From Candidatus Binataceae bacterium (GTDB taxonomy: Bacteria; Desulfobacterota; Binatia; Binatales; Binataceae), in the NCBI GenBank assembly GCA_035531855.1, contig DATKSB010000065.1, positions 1 to 46,297 of the forward strand: 46,297 nt of DNA. The letters run 5' to 3'. Positions within the stretch are counted from its first letter, which is position 1; every line of letters begins with the position of its first letter. Positions 37,838-46,297 of the stretch are shown here, piece by piece. The position numbers and the translations under genes are program-made. The notes below the pieces were generated by a model. The model was not told the DNA's origin, searched no databases, and saw only the letters and a list, made by a program, of their open reading frames with translations.

Positions 37838-39376
37838 ATGGCGAAGGATAAAGTTGAAAATATCGAGAACGTCACCCAGGCGCGTCCCGGCGATCCATGC
37901 ACGATCGTGATTTTCGGCGCCGCCGGCGACCTCACCAAGCGCAAGCTCTTTCCCGCGTTCTACAATCTGCTGGCCAGCAAATTCCTGCCCGATAAATTCG
38001 CGATCGTGGGCGTGTCGATAGAGAAGTACACCGACCAGGTTTTCCGCAACCAACTCTCTGGCGAGATCAAGAAATACGCGACGGCGAAGGTCGATCCTAA
38101 ACTGTGGAAGTCGTTCGTCTCGAGAGTCTATTACCACTCCGGAAACTTTACCGATCCCAAACTCTACAGCTCGCTGAAGGACACCCTGACCAAAGCCGCG
38201 AAGGAGCAGGGCCTGCCGGGGAACTGCCTCTACTACCTTGCGGTCGCCCCGCAGTTCTTCGGAGAAATCGTGCGCCAGCTCGGTGCGGCGGACCTTGCGG
38301 AAGAGAAGGACGGCAATTGGCGCCGGGTGGTGATTGAAAAACCATTCGGCCGCGACCTCGAGTCAGCGCAGGCGCTCAACAAGGAAATCAAGAGCGTGCT
38401 CAAGGAGGATCAGATCTACCGGATCGATCATTATCTGGGCAAAGAGACCGTGCAGAACATGCTGGTCTTCCGCTTCGGCAACGGAATTTTCGAGCCGATC
38501 TGGAATCGGCGCTATATCGATTCGGTGCAGATAACCGCGGCGGAGACGGTCGGGGTCGAAGAACGCGGCGGCTACTACGAAACCGCGGGTGCGTTGCGCG
38601 ACATGGTGCCCAACCACATGATGCAGCTCATCTCGATGATCGGGATGGAGCCGCCGACTTCATTCGACGCCGAGGCGGTGCGCGACGAGAAGGCAAAACT
38701 CCTGAACGCGATTCAGATCCTCTCTTCCGAGGACGTGCTCACGATGGCGGTGCGCGGCCAGTACGGCGCCGGGACCGAGCAGGGGAAGAAGGTACCCGCG
38801 TATCGCAAGGAGGACCAGGTCAATCCGGATTCGCACGTCGAAACCTACGCCGCGCTCGAACTGCATATAGACAACTGGCGCTGGGCGGGAGTGCCGTTCT
38901 ACGTTCGCACCGGAAAACGGCTGGCGGCGCGCGTGACCGAGATCGCGATCAACTTTAAACGCGCGCCCTTGCTGCTGTTCAAAGACACCGGCATCGAGCA
39001 GATGTCCACCAATCAACTGGTCATGCACATACAGCCGGACGAGGGGATTTCGCTGCGCTTCAGCGCGAAGATTCCCGGACCGTCGGTCAAGATCGGTTCG
39101 GTCGATATGAACTTCAAGTACACGTCCTATTTCGGCGCCGCGCCTTCGACCGGATATGAAACCCTGCTGCTCGACTGCATGATCGGCGACCCGACGCTGT
39201 TTCAGCGCGACGACATGGTCGAGGCCGGATGGCGGATCGTCACTCCGGTGCTCGATGTGTGGAGCGCGCTGCCGCCGCGCGAGTTTCCGAACTATGCGGC
39301 GGGAAGCTGGGGACCTGAGGAGGCCGATCATCTGCTCGCGCGCGAGGCCCGGCACTGGAGGATCATCACTGAATGA
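37838..39376 (+). CDS. zwf: Glucose-6-phosphate 1-dehydrogenase
   Basis: [13 protein letters not shown] and RIDHYLGKE active-site motifs; VQITAAE..GVE.RGGYY. ATG 37838 is preceded by AAAGGAA. The track start at 37763 overlaps gnd. Confidence 0.92.
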   Translation: MAKDKVENIENVTQARPGDPCTIVIFGAAGDLTKRKLFPAFYNLLASKFLPDKFAIVGVSIEKYTDQVFRNQLSGEIKKYATAKVDPKLWKSFVSRVYYHSGNFTDPKLYSSLKDTLTKAAKEQGLPGNCLYYLAVAPQFFGEIVRQLGAADLAEEKDGNWRRVVIEKPFGRDLESAQALNKEIKSVLKEDQIYRIDHYLGKETVQNMLVFRFGNGIFEPIWNRRYIDSVQITAAETVGVEERGGYYETAGALRDMVPNHMMQLISMIGMEPPTSFDAEAVRDEKAKLLNAIQILSSEDVLTMAVRGQYGAGTEQGKKVPAYRKEDQVNPDSHVETYAALELHIDNWRWAGVPFYVRTGKRLAARVTEIAINFKRAPLLLFKDTGIEQMSTNQLVMHIQPDEGISLRFSAKIPGPSVKIGSVDMNFKYTSYFGAAPSTGYETLLLDCMIGDPTLFQRDDMVEAGWRIVTPVLDVWSALPPREFPNYAAGSWGPEEADHLLAREARHWRIITE

Positions 39377-40365
39377 TCCTTGCCGGCGACATCGGAGGCA
39401 CGCATGCGCGCGTCGCCATTTTCGATCTCGCGGACGGAAAGCTCACAGGCGTACATGAGCGCGTGTACCTGACGCACGATTTCCCGAACCTCGAAAGCGT
39501 GGTGCACGCCTTTCTCGATCAGCACAAAGTGGCGCCCGCCGCTGCGTGCTTCGGTGTGGCAGGTCCGGTAATCGACAACCACGCGCACATGTCGAATGCC
39601 GGATGGGCGATCGACGGTGCTTCGCTGGCACGCGAGGCCGGCGTCAAGCAGGTGTCAGTGATCAACGATCTGGTCGCCAACGCCTACGGCGTCGCGGCGC
39701 TCGAACCGCGTGATTTCCTGACCCTGAACGAGGGCAAAGCAAATTTGCGCGGCAACGCGGGTGTGATCTCGGCAGGCACCGGACTCGGCGAGGCGGGGCT
39801 CTATTTCGACGGGCACACCCGGCGTCCATTTGCGACCGAAGGCGGACACGCCGACTTCGCGCCGGCTGACGATCTGCAAATCGAATTGCTGCGGTTTCTA
39901 CGCGCCGAGTTCGATCGCGTCAGCGTCGAGCGCGTGCTCTCCGGCGGCGGCATTTACAATATCTACCGGTTTCTTCGCGACACGCATCGCGGCGAAGAAC
40001 CGCCGTGGCTCGCGCAGGAAATGAAAAGCGGCGACGCGGCAGCCGCGATCACCCATGCGGCGACAGAGAAAAACTCCCCGCTATGCGCCGCGGCGCTGGA
40101 TCTGTTCGTATCGATCTACGGCGCGGAAGCGGGCAACCTCGCGCTGCGGCTGATGGCAAGCGGTGGAATCTATATCGGCGGCGGAATCGCGGTGAAGATC
40201 GCATCGCGCCTCGCCGACCCAGTCTTTATGCGTGCGTTTGCCGCAAAGGGCAGGATGAGCGAAATCGTCCGGCAAATTCCGGTCCGGGTGATCCTGAACG
40301 ACAGCACCGCGCTCATTGGCGCCGCGCGCGCTGCCGCAATCAACGCATCGATGCTCAACGACTAA
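39373..40365 (+). CDS. glk: Glucokinase
   Basis: [21 protein letters not shown]/Glk N-terminus, [11 protein letters not shown], and [13 protein letters not shown] overlap with the zwf stop. Confidence 0.9.
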   Translation: MILAGDIGGTHARVAIFDLADGKLTGVHERVYLTHDFPNLESVVHAFLDQHKVAPAAACFGVAGPVIDNHAHMSNAGWAIDGASLAREAGVKQVSVINDLVANAYGVAALEPRDFLTLNEGKANLRGNAGVISAGTGLGEAGLYFDGHTRRPFATEGGHADFAPADDLQIELLRFLRAEFDRVSVERVLSGGGIYNIYRFLRDTHRGEEPPWLAQEMKSGDAAAAITHAATEKNSPLCAAALDLFVSIYGAEAGNLALRLMASGGIYIGGGIAVKIASRLADPVFMRAFAAKGRMSEIVRQIPVRVILNDSTALIGAARAAAINASMLND

Positions 40366-40386
40366 AGGTTGCGCGTGCGATCAATC

Positions 40387-42174
40387 TCAATGCGCGTCGT
40401 TCAGATGCGCGCGAACCATCGCGGGCGAGATCGTGCCCGACGCCAGCTTGCGCGCAGGGCCAATTCGCAGCATGTGAAACAGAAATACCGCCAACGCGAA
40501 GCCGGCCGTCACAACACTGAGTGAGGTGATCGCGCCGGGATCCGATGACGCACCGCCCATCCGCTCGATCGCGAGAACCGCGGCGGAGACGGAAACCGCC
40601 AGCGCCGAAGCGGCGACGATCGCAACGTCGCGCACCGGAGCGCGCGCACCCTCTTTCACAAATCGGCGCAGTTCACGCGGCGAGAAATAATCGAGGAACC
40701 ATCCCGTCGCCTCGTCAACTCCGCGCGCGTTCGGCGGCGAGATGAGCCTGCCGCTCAGAGGATCGGTCGCGGATTGTCCCTGGTTGTGAAGTTCGACGCC
40801 CGCCAGGATCGCGTGATGAATCTCGCCTGTGATCGGATATCGCCACGCGATCAGAAACGACAGCGCGCCGCAGAGCGCCGGAGCCAGCGCGAAGATCGCC
40901 TTGATCGCGAAAATTACTTCCGGCGATTGCACCGCGTTGGGGACGTATCCGATTCCGGCCAGCACCGCGATCGGCAGCGCGGCGCTGGGAATCGCGACGA
41001 ATTTCGGCAGGATGCTCCAGAACGCAGTGTATTGGCCCTCGCTGCGCCGCCCGGTATAGAACTCGTCGTAGTCGATCACGTCGGCCTGCATCGAAGGACC
41101 CAGAAACAGTCCCGCGCCGAAACTCGCGCCCGCCCAGCTGATCAGCACGAACAGCATCGTGGTGTCGCCCTTGCCGAGGAAATACATCGCGGCGCCGCCC
41201 GAGACGCCCATCACGAAGCTTGCCAGCCAGGTGTTCAGTTTGCCGAATCGTTTCGAGGCCGCGACCCACAGCGGCAGGCACAGGAACCCTACGCCGAAGT
41301 AGCCGAGCAACTCGATCGACAGCCACAGCGTTGGATTCTTCGGCTCGATCACGTAGGCGTTGAAAAACGGAAGCAGGGTTGCCGGAATGGCGCCGGTGAT
41401 CGAGCCGACGATATAGCTGCCGAGCAGAATCCTGAACGGACGATTGCGCAGCGCGCGCCGAACTCCCGGCACCAGCGGGTTCGACTCGCGCTTGGCGAAG
41501 CCGGGCCGCTCCCGCACTCCCCACGCGAGCATCCAATAGAGCGTCGTCAGCAGCAGCGCGAACGCGATTCCCAGAACGTGAAAGACGTGCCGCTCATTCC
41601 AGCCCATCACGTGCATCAGGATTCCCGGCGCCGCCGAGGCGACGATTGTCCCGAGGATCGTGAACGCCTCGCGCACGCCGAACAGGCTCGAACGCTCGTT
41701 GTAGTCCAGCGTGAGCTCTGGTCCGAGCGCGTAATGCGGCAGCACATAGACGGTGTGAAAAATGAAATAAAGAATGAAGGTGACGCCGAACCACCACGCC
41801 GACTGAGTTCCGGTCATCCCGATCGGCGGACTCATCATCGCGTAGAACGCGATCCCGCAAAGTGGCGGCCCGATGATCAGGTACGGGCGCCGCCGTCCGA
41901 GACGGGTGCGCGTGCGATCTGAGACCCAGCCGACGACGGGGTCGCTGATCGCGTCGAGCGAACGGGCCAGCGCAATCGCGATCGCGAGATAGCCGAGCGG
42001 CACCAACACCACGTCGGCGTAGAACTTGGGCATGTTGATGAGGATCGGAATGACCAGGGCGGCGCCCGCGAAGTTCGGCGCTCCATAGAGGAGCTTGAGA
42101 CGCCACGATACGTGCTCGGAGGCCGGAGCCGGCGCTTCGGCCGGAATTTTCAGCGCGGAATTTTCAGTTGCCAT
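40387..42174 (-). CDS. MFS transporter, glycoside-pentoside-hexuronide (GPH) cation symporter-like, with C-terminal extension
   Basis: 595 aa. GPH-like N-terminal motif (DAISDPVVGWVSDRTRTRLGRRRPY). About 12 TM segments, followed by an extra ~140 aa containing two further hydrophobic helices. Confidence 0.8.
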   Translation of the reverse strand: MATENSALKIPAEAPAPASEHVSWRLKLLYGAPNFAGAALVIPILINMPKFYADVVLVPLGYLAIAIALARSLDAISDPVVGWVSDRTRTRLGRRRPYLIIGPPLCGIAFYAMMSPPIGMTGTQSAWWFGVTFILYFIFHTVYVLPHYALGPELTLDYNERSSLFGVREAFTILGTIVASAAPGILMHVMGWNERHVFHVLGIAFALLLTTLYWMLAWGVRERPGFAKRESNPLVPGVRRALRNRPFRILLGSYIVGSITGAIPATLLPFFNAYVIEPKNPTLWLSIELLGYFGVGFLCLPLWVAASKRFGKLNTWLASFVMGVSGGAAMYFLGKGDTTMLFVLISWAGASFGAGLFLGPSMQADVIDYDEFYTGRRSEGQYTAFWSILPKFVAIPSAALPIAVLAGIGYVPNAVQSPEVIFAIKAIFALAPALCGALSFLIAWRYPITGEIHHAILAGVELHNQGQSATDPLSGRLISPPNARGVDEATGWFLDYFSPRELRRFVKEGARAPVRDVAIVAASALAVSVSAAVLAIERMGGASSDPGAITSLSVVTAGFALAVFLFHMLRIGPARKLASGTISPAMVRAHLNDAH

Positions 42175-42257
42175 TATTCAGCGAACGCGCGGAAAGTGTA
42201 CCGGAACCGCGCGCCACGATGATACCCGGAGACGACCCGCGCGTGCATCGGGAACCC

Positions 42258-43670
42258 TCACGAACGGGATTCGCCAAATCCGCGCGGGCGCAGATGAGCC
42301 CACGGACGCGCGGCTTCGTATTGCGCGGCGAGCGCGATCAAATCAAACTCGCCCGCCGGTCGTCCGACAATCTGAAAACCAATCGGCAGTCCGCCCCGCG
42401 AAAACCCCGCCGGCACGGTGAGTGCGGGCTGTCCGGTCGCGTTGGCTGGATATTCGAACGCGATCCAGGTCCACAGCTCGTCGAGATAGCGTTCGGGACG
42501 GGAAGGGAACGTGCCATTGCGCATCGGCGGCATCGTCATCGTGGGCGTCAGCAGCGCATCAAATGGATCGAGCGCCTGCACGATTGCGCGCGCGGTGTTG
42601 TGCATCACCGCGACCAGGTTCACGTAGTCGGCGGCCGACAATTTTTTTCCGTGGTGATACATCTCGCGGACCACCGGATCGACCGCGGCGAGATCCGCGA
42701 TCGGAATTGCGGCGATTCCGACGCAGATGAGCGAGCGCGCGCAATCCAGCAGCATGGCACCGGGGTCGAGCGCGAGGTTTTCAACCCGATGCCCCAGCTC
42801 GCGCATCGCAGCGCACGCGCTATCAAATGCCGCGGCGACATCGGGATCGACCGGACCGAGTTTAGTTTCAGCGATCGCTGCGAGCCGGAGCTTTCGCGGC
42901 GCGGCGCGCGGAGCCTCTGCAAACGGGCGCGCGGGCGGCGCGGCCCAGTAAGGATCGCCGACCACAGGGCCCGCGAGCACGTCGAGCATCAGCGCGGCGT
43001 CTCGGACCGATCGCGCGATCGGTCCGCGCGTCGCGAATCCGCCCCACGCCTCGCCGCGATGCGGCGCATAGCTGAGCCGCCCGCGCGAGGGCTTGATGCC
43101 GACCACGCCGCAGTTTGACGCGGGGCCGCGAATCGACCCTCCACCGTCACTGCCCTCGGCCAGAGGGCCCAGACCCGCGGCGACCTGCGCAGCAGCGCCA
43201 CCGCTTGATCCTCCGGCGTTGTATTGCGCGTGCCATGGATTGTGCGCGATTCCGCACAGTCCGCCCTCGGTCGTGGGCCGTCCGCCGAACTCGGGCGTCG
43301 CGGTCTTGCCGAGCAAAATGCCGCCGGCGTCGCGCAGCCGCATGGCGATAATCGCGTCTTCTGGCGGAATGGAATCGGCGTAATTCTTCGAGCCCAGCGT
43401 GTTTGGTATCTCCCTTATCGGCGTCAAATCTTTCAGCGAATATGGAACACCGTATAGCGGCAACTCGCGCGCGCGATCGCGCTCGCCTTCAATCCGAGCG
43501 GCGTCCGCGAGCGCGCGCTCGGCGGTGACGATCATGTATGCGCCCAGATCTGGATTCAGCCGCTCGATTCGCGCGAGGAAAAACTCCGCGACCTCGCGCG
43601 GGCGGAGCTCTCCTTTGCGGATCAGATCGCCTAGCGTCCAAGCGTCAATAAAAGGGTCGAGCGAAAGCAT
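42258..43670 (-). CDS. Amidase (amidase-signature family)
   Basis: AS signature GGSSGGAAAQVAAGL...GSDGGGSIRGPAS. 470 aa. Confidence 0.9.
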   Translation of the reverse strand: MLSLDPFIDAWTLGDLIRKGELRPREVAEFFLARIERLNPDLGAYMIVTAERALADAARIEGERDRARELPLYGVPYSLKDLTPIREIPNTLGSKNYADSIPPEDAIIAMRLRDAGGILLGKTATPEFGGRPTTEGGLCGIAHNPWHAQYNAGGSSGGAAAQVAAGLGPLAEGSDGGGSIRGPASNCGVVGIKPSRGRLSYAPHRGEAWGGFATRGPIARSVRDAALMLDVLAGPVVGDPYWAAPPARPFAEAPRAAPRKLRLAAIAETKLGPVDPDVAAAFDSACAAMRELGHRVENLALDPGAMLLDCARSLICVGIAAIPIADLAAVDPVVREMYHHGKKLSAADYVNLVAVMHNTARAIVQALDPFDALLTPTMTMPPMRNGTFPSRPERYLDELWTWIAFEYPANATGQPALTVPAGFSRGGLPIGFQIVGRPAGEFDLIALAAQYEAARPWAHLRPRGFGESRS

Positions 43671-43676
43671 CGCGGG

Positions 43677-44438
43677 CTAGACCGCGGTCAGTCCACCGTC
43701 CACCGAGATCGAAGCGCCGGTCACAAACGACGCCGCGTCGCTGAGCAACCACGCCACGGCTTCGCCGATCTCTCCGGCGCGCGCCTTGCGCCCTACCGGC
43801 TCGACCTGGTCCAGCCGTCCAGCCAGCTTCGGCTGTTCGGCGATCATGCCGGCGACGAGTGGAGTATCAACCACGCCGGGGCATACGTCGTTGATGCGGA
43901 TCGCGGCGCGCGCGTATTCGATCGCCGCGCATTTTGTCAGGCCGACGACGCCGTGCTTGGCCGCCGTGTACGCGGGCATCGAATGCGACGCGACCAATCC
44001 CGCCGCCGAGGCGGTATTCACAATCGCGCCGGGCGACTTCTGCGCGAGGAACTGGCGAATCTCGGCGCGCATGCAAAGCCACACGCCCTTGAGATTCACG
44101 GCCATGATACGGTCCCATTCCTCTTCCCCGTAGTCGGCGGTTTTGCGCTGCGCGCCGGCGATTCCGGCATTGTTGAACGCGCAATCGAGTCGTCCGAATT
44201 TCTTTACGGCGGCCGCGACCAGCGCATCGGCGTCGGACGCTCGGGCAACGTCGCAGCGGACGAATTCGGCCTCGCCGCTTTGCTCGCGAACCATCCGCAC
44301 CGTCTCGGCGCCGTCGCGCTCGGAAACGTCGCCGATAATCACGCGCGCGCCCTCGCGCGCCACTATCAGCGCGGTCGCGCGGCCGATTCCCGATCCGCCG
44401 CCGGTAATGATCGTGCTCTTTCCAGCCAATGATGGCAT
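43677..44438 (-). CDS. Short-chain dehydrogenase/reductase (SDR)
   Basis: TGGGSGIG cofactor motif, NNAG, catalytic YTAAKHG (YxxxK). The stop lies 6 nt before the amidase start. Confidence 0.9.
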   Translation of the reverse strand: MPSLAGKSTIITGGGSGIGRATALIVAREGARVIIGDVSERDGAETVRMVREQSGEAEFVRCDVARASDADALVAAAVKKFGRLDCAFNNAGIAGAQRKTADYGEEEWDRIMAVNLKGVWLCMRAEIRQFLAQKSPGAIVNTASAAGLVASHSMPAYTAAKHGVVGLTKCAAIEYARAAIRINDVCPGVVDTPLVAGMIAEQPKLAGRLDQVEPVGRKARAGEIGEAVAWLLSDAASFVTGASISVDGGLTAV

Positions 44439-44456
44439 CGCGAATTCTCCCCTTGC

Positions 44457-45542
44457 TCAGCTACGCCACGGCTCGACCAAAATCTTCGCGTGATGCTCGG
44501 GCGAGCCGAGATCCTCGAACGCCTGCGCCACGCCTTCGACTCCGACCTTGCCCGTGATCAGCGGATCGGCGCTGGTTTTTCCCTGCGCGATATTGAACAG
44601 CGTCTCGCCGAATTCCTCGGGCGTATATCCGAGCACGAACTGCACGTTCAGTTCCTTGGTGATGCCGAGCATCGGCTCGAACGAATCGCGTTCCATGCAC
44701 ACACCGACCACCACGATCCGCGCGCCGGATTGCGCGCCCGACATGATCGATTCAATTACGCCCGGCACGCCAACGCATTCGAAGATCACGGACGGACGCA
44801 GCGCCGGCCCCGGCATCCAGGGTTGCACCGGCGGCGCCTTCGAGGGGTCGCCATAGGCCGCCACCTGCTTCCAGCTTTCATAGGCGGATTTTTCTTTCGG
44901 ATCGACCACGACATCGGCGCCCATCTTGAGTGCAAGCTCGCGGCGGCGCGGAGAGAAATCCGCCGCCACAATCGGATGCTGCCCCTTGAGCTTCAGTGCC
45001 GCGATCACTGCGAGGCCGACCGGACCGCATCCTATAACCAGCGGCGCGTCGTCCGGCGTCAGGCGCGCTTTCTGCACCGCGTGAAATCCGACCGCCATCG
45101 GCTCGGTCAGCGCGGCGCGCTCGGTCGAGAGGCCGTTGGGAACCTCGAGCAGCAGCGCCTCGGTCAGGCGCATGAATTCGCCGTAGCCGCCCGGATTGTC
45201 GTTCGAATAGCCGACGGTCTCGATTCCGGTCGATCGAATAAGGACCGGGAAGGAGCAGACTCGCGTCCCGGCTTTGAGGCGCTTTTGGGTTCCGGGTCCG
45301 AAGTCCGCGACCTCAGCGCAAAACTCGTGGCCCATCACGATGTCGCGTTTCAGATCCATCACGAACGCGGCGCCCGCGCGTTTAGAGCTCTCGACCATCT
45401 TCTCCGCATGTTTCAGCGCATGAAGATCCGATCCGCAAATTCCACACGCGAGAGTTTTGACAATCACTTCGCCCGGCCCGGCCTCTGGTACCGGAATATC
45501 GGCGACCACCAGCTTCCTGTTACGCATTACTGCCGCACGCAT
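44457..45542 (-). CDS. Zinc-dependent alcohol dehydrogenase (MDR family)
   Basis: CGICGSDLH and GHEFCAEV zinc motifs; GCGPVGL Rossmann motif. 361 aa. Confidence 0.9.
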   Translation of the reverse strand: MRAAVMRNRKLVVADIPVPEAGPGEVIVKTLACGICGSDLHALKHAEKMVESSKRAGAAFVMDLKRDIVMGHEFCAEVADFGPGTQKRLKAGTRVCSFPVLIRSTGIETVGYSNDNPGGYGEFMRLTEALLLEVPNGLSTERAALTEPMAVGFHAVQKARLTPDDAPLVIGCGPVGLAVIAALKLKGQHPIVAADFSPRRRELALKMGADVVVDPKEKSAYESWKQVAAYGDPSKAPPVQPWMPGPALRPSVIFECVGVPGVIESIMSGAQSGARIVVVGVCMERDSFEPMLGITKELNVQFVLGYTPEEFGETLFNIAQGKTSADPLITGKVGVEGVAQAFEDLGSPEHHAKILVEPWRS

Positions 45543-45700
45543 TGGGAATATCTCCTTGTAAATTCGTCCGCGGTCTCACTGTACCAAGGTTCCCCCGGCA
45601 TTCGTCCAGCGGACCGCAAGTCGCCGGGAGACGTCTGATGCTCGCATTGTATTTGCACTATGAATGTAATAATCGTGATTCGAAGGAGCACCCACCCAAT

Positions 45701-46099
45701 ATGAGTTCAATCATTCCCAATCGGGAAGCCTTTCAGGCGTTGATGACCGACCCCGACCAGGGCCCGGTCGTGATGCTCAACCTGCTTAAGTTCAAGGCGG
45801 CCGCCGACGGCGCAAGCGGCACCGGCGCTGACGCATACCGGCGCTATGGCGACGCGGTGACAAAGCTGGTCGAAGCGCGCGGCGGCCGCGTGCTATGGAT
45901 GGGCAGGCCGGCGCACGTGCTGGTGGGCGAGCCAAGCGACCAGTGGGACGCCGTCGCGATTGTCCAATATCCGACTCCACGCGCATTTATTGAGATGGTG
46001 ACCAGCGCGGAGTACCAGCAGATTCATGGAGACCGCGAGGCGGGGCTCGAGCGCACCGCGCTCATCGCATGCCGCACTTTGACCGACATCCCGCGCTGA
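45701..46099 (+). CDS. DUF1330 domain protein
   Basis: 132 aa from ATG 45701, with GAAGGAG 12 nt upstream. VVMLNLLKF...GGRVLW...WDAVAIVQYPTPRAFIEMVTSAEYQ fits the DUF1330 dimeric alpha-beta barrel pattern. The track start at 45542 has no support. Confidence 0.7.
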   Translation: MSSIIPNREAFQALMTDPDQGPVVMLNLLKFKAAADGASGTGADAYRRYGDAVTKLVEARGGRVLWMGRPAHVLVGEPSDQWDAVAIVQYPTPRAFIEMVTSAEYQQIHGDREAGLERTALIACRTLTDIPR

Positions 46100-46118
46100 C
46101 CGTCCGGAGCAACCGCCG

Positions 46119-46297
46119 ATGGGCCGAAAGATCCTGTTTATCACCACCGACCAGCAACGCTACGACTCGCTCGGATGCAACGGCGGAAAGATCGCACGCA
46201 CTCCTTGTGCCGACGCGCTGGCCGCGCAGGGAATCAATTACCGGCGCGCGCACAATCAGAACACGGTCTGCATGCCCGCGCGCTCGACGATGATCAC
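46119..46297 (+). CDS. Sulfatase (arylsulfatase family), 3' end cut by window edge; not in the supplied ORF track
   Basis: My own translation from ATG 46119: MGRKILFITTDQQRYDSLGCNGGKIARTPCADALAAQGINYRRAHNQNTVCMPARSTMI. It shows the ILFI.TDQQR N-terminus and the C-x-P-x-R formylglycine motif (CMPAR). The frame is open to the window end. Confidence 0.8.
   Translation, partial: MGRKILFITTDQQRYDSLGCNGGKIARTPCADALAAQGINYRRAHNQNTVCMPARSTMI

Noticed and set aside
40774-41922. 382-aa plus-strand ORF antisense to the MFS transporter. The same applies to 44490..45638 (antisense to the Zn-ADH) and 18522..19484 (antisense to MlaE/MlaF).
   Set aside because: These are high-GC antisense open frames. Their extreme Arg/His/Asp content is not protein-like.
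1-46297. Search for CRISPR repeats, tRNA/rRNA genes, IS elements, integrases, toxin-antitoxin pairs and obvious phage-defence genes.
   Set aside because: All intergenic gaps are 235 nt or shorter and contain no regularly spaced repeats or tRNA-like cloverleaf sequence. No ORF shows transposase, integrase, toxin or known defence-protein motifs. A systematic repeat search could not be run by hand, so short dispersed repeats may have been missed.

Overview
High-GC bacterial chromosomal segment with about 38 protein-coding genes. I could not recognise any rRNA, tRNA, CRISPR array, transposase or integrase. Gene content from left to right:

1. A catabolic cluster: AKR, two amidohydrolase-2 paralogs, acyl-CoA dehydrogenase, LLM oxidoreductase, MaoC hydratase, CitE-like lyase and Rieske oxygenase alpha/beta. 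A convergent TetR gene sits beside it, and its probable operator occurs twice.
2. A visibly AT-richer islet: DUF4142 protein, a small bacterial metallothionein and a PA2169-type four-helix protein.
3. DNA-end repair genes: LigD phosphoesterase+polymerase, a decayed ATP-dependent ligase gene, then recQ.
4. cobQ and an alpha/beta hydrolase.
5. An Mla/Mce-type ABC transporter (STAS-MlaE, ATPase, MCE protein, PqiC-like lipoprotein).
6. An RND pump with its adaptor.
7. An HTH-WYL-WCX regulator transcribed divergently from a complete, translationally coupled recC-recB-recD operon.
8. gnd-zwf-glk.
9. MFS transporter, amidase, SDR and Zn-ADH on the minus strand.
10. A DUF1330 protein and a 3'-truncated sulfatase that the ORF track missed.

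Most of the window is ordinary core metabolism, and I see no clear-cut new multi-gene system. The items most worth a second look are:
- the WYL regulator paired with recCBD, and the inverted repeat in their shared promoter region;
- the LigD locus with a pseudogenised ligase;
- the duplicated TetR operator;
- the AT-rich metallothionein islet.

All family calls come from reading motifs in the translations. No database search was run.
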